A stretch of 5,984 bases of DNA from Candidatus Iainarchaeum sp. GTDB taxonomy: Archaea > Iainarchaeota > Iainarchaeia > Iainarchaeales > CSSED10-239. The stretch covers positions 1 through 5,984 of the forward strand of contig CALBUD010000061.1 in NCBI GenBank assembly GCA_937968065.1. Reading direction: 5' to 3'. How positions within the stretch are numbered: position 1 is the stretch's first letter; each line of letters opens with the position of its first letter. The notes under the pieces are model-generated. The model did no database searches, was not told where the DNA came from, and saw nothing but the letters and a program-made list of their open reading frames with translations. The position numbers were made by a program, and so were the translations under genes. Below, piece by piece: positions 1-5,371 of the stretch.

Positions 1-45
1 AAAAAAAAATAAAATATAAAAGTAAAATATATTAATTAAAAAAAG

Positions 46-77
46 AAAACATATAAATATTTTAAAAATCATATAAT
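46..77 (+). promoter_or_regulatory. Candidate promoter region for the 113..622 ORF: AAAACATATAAATAT element at 46..60 and TATAAT at 72..77
   Basis: TATAAT hexamer at 72..77 lies about 35 nt upstream of the ATG. An AAAACAT-TATA-type element at 46..60 resembles the one upstream of glyA (669..682). Such hexamers occur by chance very often in DNA this AT-rich. Confidence 0.2.
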
Positions 78-112
78 ATGTATTATATTTTAATAAATAA
101 AGGAAAATTAAT

Positions 113-622
113 ATGCCCCCATTAAAAAAACCAAACAGTCTTAGAAGAGAGATAAAAATAGAGACAAAAAAACATTTTAAAGAAAGTGGAGTTCTTTCTT
201 TTTATAAACAAAGAAAATCTACAACTAAAGATAAAATGCTTATTCAGTATACAAAAGCAAATGCAAATATACATCTTTTAGATTCAAAATTAAGTGTTTT
301 GTTTAGAAAAGGATTGTATAAAAATTCAAGAGAAGCAAAAAGAACTATTAAAAAATTTAAAGACATTTATGATGTTAGTCTTGATACTTTTTTAAAAAAA
401 TCAGAGGTGTATGTAAAGCAAAAGACACAATATGAATTATATAAAAATACAAGAGTTAGTGAACATCTTTTAGTTTCATTAACTTCAAGATATTCAAAAA
501 CATTAAATGAATTGGTTAGAAAATCAAATGATATAATTTTTATTGAAGATTTAAATCCTTTATTAGATAAAATTAAAAAAGATTTTTTTTATCTTTTTAA
601 AGATAGACCAAAACTTAACTAA
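113..622 (+). CDS. Hypothetical, highly basic protein (169 aa) with no confidently recognisable domain
   Basis: A 169-codon ORF is unlikely by chance in sequence where stop triplets are very frequent. AGGA (101..104) sits 8 nt upstream of the ATG, and the stop is TAA. The protein is Lys/Arg-rich with no Cys or Trp. It is separated from the downstream operon by an 88-nt spacer. The only motif noticed is DIIFIEDLN near the C-terminus (see findings). Confidence 0.5.
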   Translation: MPPLKKPNSLRREIKIETKKHFKESGVLSFYKQRKSTTKDKMLIQYTKANANIHLLDSKLSVLFRKGLYKNSREAKRTIKKFKDIYDVSLDTFLKKSEVYVKQKTQYELYKNTRVSEHLLVSLTSRYSKTLNELVRKSNDIIFIEDLNPLLDKIKKDFFYLFKDRPKLN

Positions 623-666
623 TTTTGTTAAAAACAAAATAATATAATAAAGTTGTTAAAATATAC

Positions 667-699
667 ATAAAACATTTATATAAAAACATTTTCTATAAT
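667..699 (+). promoter_or_regulatory. Candidate operon promoter upstream of glyA: tandem ATAAAACATTT / ATAAAAACATTT repeat, TTTATATA at 675..682, TATAAT at 694..699
   Basis: This lies in the only sizeable non-coding gap before the 8-gene cluster. ATAAAACATTT (667..677) is repeated as ATAAAAACATTT (680..691). TTTATATA is centred about 32 nt before the ATG, and TATAAT ends 11 nt before it. There is no G anywhere between 656 and the ATG at 711, so there is no Shine-Dalgarno sequence. Confidence 0.3.
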
Positions 700-710
700 A
701 AATATATTAA

Positions 711-1937
711 ATGAATAATATTCAACATATATTGGATCTTATAGATACAGAAAAAAAAAGACAACAAGAAACAATAGAACTTATAGCTTCAGAAAACATA
801 ACTTCAAAAAAAATAAGAAAAGCGTGTGGTTCTGTTCTTACAAATAAATATGCTGAAGGATATCCTTATAAAAGATATTATTCTGGTTGCATAAATGTTG
901 ATAAAATTGAAGAAATTGCAATGAATTCTTGTAAAAAACTATTTTCTTGTAACTTTGCAAATGTTCAACCTCATTCAGGATCAAATGCAAATGAAATTGC
1001 ATATTTTTCTTTACTTGAACCAAAAGATAAAATATTAGGTATGTCTCTTGATGCTGGTGGGCATTTAACACATGGGTATAAGATTAATTTTTCTGGTAAA
1101 AATTATGATTCTTTTTCTTATGGTTTAGATGATAAAGGATTTATTGATTATGAATCTCTTGAAAAAACAGCAAAAGAAATAAAACCAAAGATGATTGTTG
1201 CTGGAGCATCAGCATATCCTAGACAAATAGATTTTAAAAGATTTAGAGAGATTTCTAATTCTGTAGGTGCTTATCTTCTTGTTGATATGGCACATATAGC
1301 AGGTTTAATTGCAACTAATAATCATCCATCACCGGTTAAATATGCAGATATAGTTACATCCACTACACATAAGACACTAAGAGGCCCAAGAGGTGGATTT
1401 ATAATAACTAATAATGAAGAGATTTCAAAAAAAATAGATAAAGCTTGTTTTCCTGGTTTTCAAGGAGGGCCTTTAGAACATATTATTGCTGGTAAAGCAA
1501 TTTGTTTTGAAGAAGCTTTAAAACCTTCTTTTAAAAAATATCAAAAACAAGTTTTAAGAAATTCAAAAGTATTATCTGAAGAATTAATTAAATATGGTTT
1601 TGATCTTGTAACAAATGGAACTGATAATCATTTGATGCTTGTTGATCTTAGAAGTAAAGGAATTACAGGAAAAAAAGCAGAAGAAATTTTAGAAAACTGT
1701 AATATTTCTGTAAATAAAAATGCTATACCAAATGATCCTGAAAAACCTTTTATAACTTCTGGTATAAGGATAGGAACACCTGCTATAACTACAAGGGGAG
1801 TTAAAGAAGAAGGAATTAAAATTATTGGTAAGTTTATAAATGATGTTTTATCTTCTCCTGAAGATAAAAATAATCAGGAAAGAATAAAAGAGGAAGTTAT
1901 TTCTTTTTTAAAAAATTATTCTATTAATAAATTTTAA
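711..1937 (+). CDS. glyA: Serine hydroxymethyltransferase (tetrahydrofolate-dependent, bacterial type)
   Basis: The 408-aa protein is collinear with E. coli GlyA from memory. Matching motifs include [41 protein letters not shown], the PLP-lysine motif [14 protein letters not shown] (K221), FPG.QGGPL.H.IAGKA, GTDNHL.LVDL, NKN.IPNDP..PF.TSGIR.GTPA.TTRG. The TLRGPRGG form is the folate-type rather than the methanopterin-type motif. Confidence 0.97.
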   Translation: MNNIQHILDLIDTEKKRQQETIELIASENITSKKIRKACGSVLTNKYAEGYPYKRYYSGCINVDKIEEIAMNSCKKLFSCNFANVQPHSGSNANEIAYFSLLEPKDKILGMSLDAGGHLTHGYKINFSGKNYDSFSYGLDDKGFIDYESLEKTAKEIKPKMIVAGASAYPRQIDFKRFREISNSVGAYLLVDMAHIAGLIATNNHPSPVKYADIVTSTTHKTLRGPRGGFIITNNEEISKKIDKACFPGFQGGPLEHIIAGKAICFEEALKPSFKKYQKQVLRNSKVLSEELIKYGFDLVTNGTDNHLMLVDLRSKGITGKKAEEILENCNISVNKNAIPNDPEKPFITSGIRIGTPAITTRGVKEEGIKIIGKFINDVLSSPEDKNNQERIKEEVISFLKNYSINKF

Positions 1938-1949
1938 AAGTGATAAAAT

Positions 1950-2369
1950 ATGAAAGTTTATTTTGCAGGATCAATTACTGGTGGAAGAGATGATCAAGAA
2001 ATCTATTTAGAGATTATTAATTATTTAAAAGAAAAAAAAATGAATGTTTTAACAGAACATCTTGCTGATAAAAATCTATCTAGTTATGGAGAAACGAAAC
2101 TTACAAGTAAAGAAATATTTAAAAGAGATGTTGAATGGATTAAAGATGCTGATCTTTTAATTGCTGAAGTTACACAAGTATCTTTAGGTGTTGGTTATGA
2201 GATTGGATTTGCAGAAAGTTTAGAAAAAAAAATAATTTGCCTTTATAGAGAAAAAGAAGGTGAAAGATTATCAGCTATGATTGATGGAAATGAAAATGTT
2301 AAAATAATTAAATATAAAGAATTAAAAGATTTAAACGAAAAATTAAATGAGATTATAGGAGAATTATAA
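1950..2369 (+). CDS. 2'-deoxynucleoside 5'-phosphate N-hydrolase, DNPH1/Rcl-like (nucleoside 2-deoxyribosyltransferase superfamily), apparently catalytically intact
   Basis: The 139-aa protein is near-collinear with mammalian DNPH1/Rcl as I remember it. Shared segments are VYFAGSITGGRDD (cf YFCGSIRGGRED), VLTEH, RDVEW..DADLLIAEVTQVSLGVGYEIG (cf QDLEW..ADVVVAEVTQPSLGVGYELG), IICLYR....ERLSAMIDG (cf ILCLFR...GRVLSAMIRG). Equivalents of the Rcl catalytic Tyr, Asp and Glu are present (Y4, D60, E84). An SD-like GTGA (1940..1943) lies 6 nt upstream of the ATG. Confidence 0.87.
   Translation: MKVYFAGSITGGRDDQEIYLEIINYLKEKKMNVLTEHLADKNLSSYGETKLTSKEIFKRDVEWIKDADLLIAEVTQVSLGVGYEIGFAESLEKKIICLYREKEGERLSAMIDGNENVKIIKYKELKDLNEKLNEIIGEL
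2181..2246 (+). repeat. Copy 1 of a 66-nt paralogous core block shared by the two DNPH1-like genes
   Basis: Ungapped hand alignment with 2595..2660 gives 52 of 66 identical positions, including 22 of the first 24. The block encodes SLGVGYEIGFAESLEKKIICLY. Confidence 0.8.
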
Positions 2370-2783
2370 ATGAAAATGTTTTTTACATATAAATCAAAAG
2401 GAAGTATTGATACTTCAGATAAATTAGAAAAAATAAATAACTTTCTTGAAAAGAAAGGAGAACTTTTAAGTAAAGATTTAAGATTAAAAAACTTTAAACC
2501 ATCTGGAGAAAAGATGAATGATAAAGACATACTTGACAGAAGTTTAAATTTAATTAAAGAATGTGATGTTTTTATTGCAGATGTTTCTTTTCCTTCTTTA
2601 GGTGTTGGATATCAGATTAATTTTGCAAAAAATCTTAATAAAAAAATAATTTGTTTATATGAAGTTCAAGTAAAACAAGAACTTTCTCCAATTATTAATA
2701 GAGATAACTATATTCATTTAATAAAATATAAAGATTTAGAAGAGATGTTTATTCAACTAGAATTATATTTTAAAAGGTTATAA
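2370..2783 (+). CDS. Degenerate DNPH1/nucleoside 2-deoxyribosyltransferase-like paralogue, predicted non-catalytic (nucleophile Glu replaced by Gln)
   Basis: The 137-aa ORF has its ATG directly abutting the upstream TAA (TAAATG at 2367..2372). A strong AGGAG (2357..2361) lies 8 nt upstream, inside the preceding gene. The core CDVFIADVSFPSLGVGYQINFAKNLNKKIICLY aligns without gaps to ADLLIAEVTQVSLGVGYEIGFAESLEKKIICLY of the upstream gene. Q82 replaces E84 (cag at 2613..2615 versus gag at 2199..2201). S58 aligns to D60. The N-terminal loop is GSIDTS instead of GSITGGR. Confidence 0.75.
   Translation: MKMFFTYKSKGSIDTSDKLEKINNFLEKKGELLSKDLRLKNFKPSGEKMNDKDILDRSLNLIKECDVFIADVSFPSLGVGYQINFAKNLNKKIICLYEVQVKQELSPIINRDNYIHLIKYKDLEEMFIQLELYFKRL
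2595..2660 (+). repeat. Copy 2 of the 66-nt paralogous core block shared by the two DNPH1-like genes
   Basis: See 2181..2246. The block encodes SLGVGYQINFAKNLNKKIICLY, and 52 of 66 nt are identical by hand alignment. Confidence 0.8.
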
Positions 2784-2786
2784 GAT

Positions 2787-3290
2787 ATGAAAGGAAGAAA
2801 TAACTTAACTAACATTAAAAAAAATATTAAAAAAGACATTGGGAAAACCATAAATCCTAAAAACAGCTTTTCTGGATCTATTAATCTATTGAAAAGTTAT
2901 AAAGAATCTAAATCTAAAAACCCAATATTTGAAAGATTGAGAAAAGATAATATGAATTTAGCAATATTAAATAGTAGAGCTAACATTCTATTAAAAAAAA
3001 ATCTAAATCCAGATTTGGCATTTTCTATTCATGAAAAAATAACTAATATTGAAAATGTAGTTTTTAGTCATTCTCAAAAGATGATTACTTTAGAAAGGAT
3101 TATTAAAGAAAAAGGTAATTTTGCAGAAAATGTCGGTAATAGTTATCAAATTAAAAAAATAGTTGAAATTGATAAAAAATATAAAAAATATTTTTCAGAA
3201 GTTATGAAAAAATCAAATCAAGTAGATAACTTAAATGATTTAAATAAATTATTAACATATTATGAAAAACTGTTTAAAACAATTTTATAA
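2787..3290 (+). CDS. Hypothetical Lys/Asn-rich protein (167 aa), an orphan embedded in the operon
   Basis: The ATG is 3 nt after the upstream stop, with AAGGT (2774..2778) 8 nt upstream. The 167 codons contain no stop in very AT-rich DNA. There is no Cys or Trp, no hydrophobic segment long enough for a membrane helix, and no signal-peptide-like N-terminus. I recognise no catalytic motif. The composition suggests a mostly helical soluble protein. Confidence 0.6.
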   Translation: MKGRNNLTNIKKNIKKDIGKTINPKNSFSGSINLLKSYKESKSKNPIFERLRKDNMNLAILNSRANILLKKNLNPDLAFSIHEKITNIENVVFSHSQKMITLERIIKEKGNFAENVGNSYQIKKIVEIDKKYKKYFSEVMKKSNQVDNLNDLNKLLTYYEKLFKTIL

Positions 3291-3310
3291 AATTAAAAAT
3301 TAGGAAAAAT

Positions 3311-4000
3311 ATGAAAGGAAAATTAATTGTTATAGATGGAACTGATGGTACTGGAAAACATACACAAACAATGCTTTTAAAAGAAAATCTTGAAAAATTA
3401 GGATATTTTGTAGAAACTATTGATTTTCCACAATATGGAACTAAATCTGCAGGACCAACTGAAGATTATCTTAATGGTAAATATGGGTCTGCAAACGATG
3501 TTACTCCTTATCAAGCATCTGTTCTTTATGCTGTTGATAGATTTGCAGCATCTTTTAAAATAAAAGAATGGTTAAATCAAGGAAAAGTTGTTCTTTGTGA
3601 TAGATATGTTTCAGCAAATATGGGACATCAAGCAGGAAAGATAAAAGATTTAAAAGAAAGAGATAAATTTCTAGAATGGTTATTTGATTTAGAATTTAAT
3701 ATTTTTAAGATACCAGAACCAGATATTAATATTTTATTATATTTGGATGTTGATCTTGCAAGAAGTCTTGCTCAAAAAAATGAATCTAAAAAATTTACAA
3801 ATGATGTTAAAAAAAACGATATTCATGAAAAAGATCCAGAGCATATGAAAAAAGCACTAGAATCTTTTTTATATGTTGCTGATAAATATAATTGGATAAA
3901 AATTGATTGTACTGATAAAGAAATTGGAATAAAAACAAGAGAAGAAATCTCAAAAATAATTTTTGATAAAATAAAAGAAAAAGGAGTTTTTAACATATGA
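3311..4000 (+). CDS. tmk: Thymidylate (dTMP) kinase
   Basis: The P-loop is LIVIDGTDGTGKHTQ (G10..T18) and the DRY motif is VVLCDRYVSAN (D97-R98-Y99). Downstream come EPDINILLYLDVD plus a lid-like segment. The overall length of 229 aa and the architecture fit the Tmk family. AGGA (3302..3305) lies 5 nt upstream of the ATG. The TGA stop overlaps the thyA start (ATGA at 3997..4000). Confidence 0.9.
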   Translation: MKGKLIVIDGTDGTGKHTQTMLLKENLEKLGYFVETIDFPQYGTKSAGPTEDYLNGKYGSANDVTPYQASVLYAVDRFAASFKIKEWLNQGKVVLCDRYVSANMGHQAGKIKDLKERDKFLEWLFDLEFNIFKIPEPDINILLYLDVDLARSLAQKNESKKFTNDVKKNDIHEKDPEHMKKALESFLYVADKYNWIKIDCTDKEIGIKTREEISKIIFDKIKEKGVFNI

Positions 4001-4863
4001 AAGCATACTTAAGTATTATAAAAAAAATTATAGAAAAAGGAGAAGTTAAAGATAATAGAACTGGTGTTAACACACTTGCTATTGCTGGAGCTATGTTTGA
4101 ACATGATATGGAAGATGGATTTCCATTACTTACAACTAAAAGTGTTCCATTTAGACTTGTTGCATCAGAACTTGAATTTTTCATAAAAGGACTTACAGAT
4201 AAACAATGGTTAATTAAAGAAAATAATCATATCTGGGATGAATGGTGTTCTCCTGATATTGTTCCTTATGGAACTGATGAAGAAACAAAATATAAAATGA
4301 AAGAAGAAAGAGAACTTGGACCTATCTATGGTTGGCAATGGAGGCATTTTGGAGCAAAATATACTTCTTTTGATAAAGCACCTGAAGGTAATGGTATTGA
4401 TCAACTTAAAAAAATGGTTGAAACTTTAAAAAAAAATCCAAATGATAGAAGAATGATTGTTTCTGCATGGAATCCTATAGATATACACCGAATGGCTCTT
4501 CCACCTTGCCATTATGGTTTTCAAGTTACAGTTATTAATGGAAAATTAAATCTTTTATGGAATCAAAGATCTGTTGATTCTGCTTTAGGCCTACCTTTTA
4601 ATATTGCAAGTTATGGTTTACTTTTACATTTACTTGCAAAAGAAGCAGGTCTTAAAGAAGGTAAACTAATTGGATTTTTAGGAGACACTCACATTTATGA
4701 AAATCATATTGAAGGTTTAAAAGAACAACTTAAAAGAGAACCCTTTACTTTACCAAAAATAATAACCAAAAATTTTAAATCTATTTTTGATTGGAAATAT
4801 ACAGATTCAGAAATTATTGATTATAAAAAACATCCACCAATAAAGTTTGAAATTGCAGTTTAG
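3997..4863 (+). CDS. thyA: Thymidylate synthase, ThyA type (canonical, reductive methylation)
   Basis: The 288-aa protein is collinear with E. coli and human TS from memory. Conserved positions are DNRTG (R21), E58, IWDEW, LGPIYGWQWRHFG, NPNDRRMIVSAWNP (R151/R152), MALPPCH (nucleophile C171), NQRSVD (D194), LGLPFNIASY (N202, the dUMP-specifying Asn), GDTHIY (H232, Y234), and a C-terminus ...KFEIAV like human ...MEMAV. The short insert after IWDEW resembles the human and B. subtilis ThyA-type proteins. AAGGAG (3981..3986) lies 10 nt upstream, and the 4-nt ATGA overlap with tmk implies translational coupling. Confidence 0.97.
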   Translation: MKAYLSIIKKIIEKGEVKDNRTGVNTLAIAGAMFEHDMEDGFPLLTTKSVPFRLVASELEFFIKGLTDKQWLIKENNHIWDEWCSPDIVPYGTDEETKYKMKEERELGPIYGWQWRHFGAKYTSFDKAPEGNGIDQLKKMVETLKKNPNDRRMIVSAWNPIDIHRMALPPCHYGFQVTVINGKLNLLWNQRSVDSALGLPFNIASYGLLLHLLAKEAGLKEGKLIGFLGDTHIYENHIEGLKEQLKREPFTLPKIITKNFKSIFDWKYTDSEIIDYKKHPPIKFEIAV

Positions 4864-4886
4864 TTTTTTAAAAAGGAAAAATAAAT

Positions 4887-5366
4887 ATGAAAGAAATAAT
4901 AATTATTGCAGCTGTTTCAAAGAACAATGTTATTGGAAAAGATAATAAGATACCATGGTATATTAAAGAAGATTTTCTTCATTTTAAAGAACTAACAACA
5001 GGGTATCCTATAATAATGGGAAAAAAAACCTTCTTATCTTTACCAAAAAAACCTTTACCTAACAGAACAAATATTGTTTTAACATTTAAAGAAGATAATT
5101 TTACTTATCCTGAAATAATTATTAAAAATTCTTTAGAAGATGCAATAAATTTTGGACATTCTTTAAATGATAAGATATATATTATTGGAGGAGCTTTTGT
5201 TTATAAACAAGCAATTTCTCTTGCAACTAAACTTGAAATTACAAGAATTGATAAAGAATATGAGGGAGATACTTTCTTTCCTGAGATTAATTTAAATATT
5301 TGGAAAATTATTAAAGAAGAGAAACATGATGGTTATTCTTTTTTAACATACATTAAAAAGATGTGA
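4887..5366 (+). CDS. folA: Dihydrofolate reductase (FolA type)
   Basis: The 159-aa protein begins with IIAAVSKNNVIGKDNKIPW.IKEDF.HFK, with D29 aligning to E. coli D27. Other motifs are PIIMGKKTF.SLP.KPLPNRTNIVLT, IYIIGGAFVYKQ, L.ITRID.EYEGDTFFPE. AGGA (4874..4877) lies 9 nt upstream, and the stop is TGA. Confidence 0.93.
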   Translation: MKEIIIIAAVSKNNVIGKDNKIPWYIKEDFLHFKELTTGYPIIMGKKTFLSLPKKPLPNRTNIVLTFKEDNFTYPEIIIKNSLEDAINFGHSLNDKIYIIGGAFVYKQAISLATKLEITRIDKEYEGDTFFPEINLNIWKIIKEEKHDGYSFLTYIKKM

Positions 5367-5371
5367 AAAAT

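Noticed and set aside
622-640. A perfect palindrome ATTTTGTT-AAA-AACAAAAT immediately after the stop of the 113..622 ORF, considered as an intrinsic terminator.
   Set aside because: The stem is 8 bp with a single G-C pair and is not followed by a T-tract, so its predicted stability is very low. Palindromes of this size are expected by chance in such AT-rich DNA. It may still mark the end of the first transcription unit, but I cannot support that.
623-710. A riboswitch or leader (ZTP/pfl, THF or glycine type) upstream of glyA.
   Set aside because: The spacer is only 88 nt and contains just a handful of G/C residues. It cannot form the G+C-containing helices and conserved cores of those RNA families.
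751-759. A8 and A9 homopolymer runs inside coding regions (751..759, 2032..2040, 2993..3001 and others) as slippage, phase-variation or programmed-frameshift sites.
   Set aside because: They encode Lys-Lys-Lys/Glu-Lys stretches in frame, with no alternative-frame ORF continuing past them. Such runs follow naturally from AAA-codon bias in this composition.
2787-3290. The 167-aa orphan as the missing dUTPase (all-alpha/MazG-like) or as an HD-domain 5'-nucleotidase.
   Set aside because: It has no EXXE...EXXD acidic motifs, no H...HD...D pattern and no trimeric-dUTPase motifs. The idea rests only on pathway gap-filling.
3338-3364. The Tmk P-loop reads GTDGTGKHT, with His directly after the Walker-A Lys instead of Ser or Thr.
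   Set aside because: NMP kinases tolerate GK-x-T, as in the adenylate kinase GKGT, and the following Thr is present. The DRY motif and the rest of the fold signature are intact. This is probably normal family variation, not inactivation.
3990-4404. Antisense ORFs in the supplied track: 838..1071, 2243..2530, 3990..4184 and 4210..4404, all on the minus strand.
   Set aside because: Each lies entirely opposite a strongly conserved + strand gene (glyA, the DNPH1-like pair, thyA). They encode low-complexity Phe/Ile/Ser/Leu-rich peptides typical of the reverse complement of Lys/Glu/Asn-rich coding sequence. None has a convincing SD. They are shadow ORFs.
3997-4863. The ThyA homologue might be a dUMP/dCMP (or CMP, MilA-like) hydroxymethylase paired with an N-glycosidase. 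That would suggest a phage DNA-hypermodification or nucleoside-antibiotic module.
   Set aside because: All residues tied to reductive methylation of dUMP are present at E. coli-equivalent positions: R21, E58, the IWDEW tryptophans, Y in GPIYG, RR, C171 in PCH, D194, N202 rather than Asp, and H232/Y234. The C-terminus is the normal ...EIAV. A DHFR gene follows immediately, and DHFR is needed only if dihydrofolate is produced. This is therefore a canonical TS, although only an assay can exclude side activity.
3998-5366. A possible alternative genetic code (TGA as Trp or Gly), as in some very AT-rich or candidate-phyla lineages.
   Set aside because: TGA terminates tmk (3998..4000) and folA (5364..5366) at family-typical lengths. 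Conserved Trp positions in ThyA, FolA and the DNPH1-like protein are TGG. No conserved gene needs read-through.
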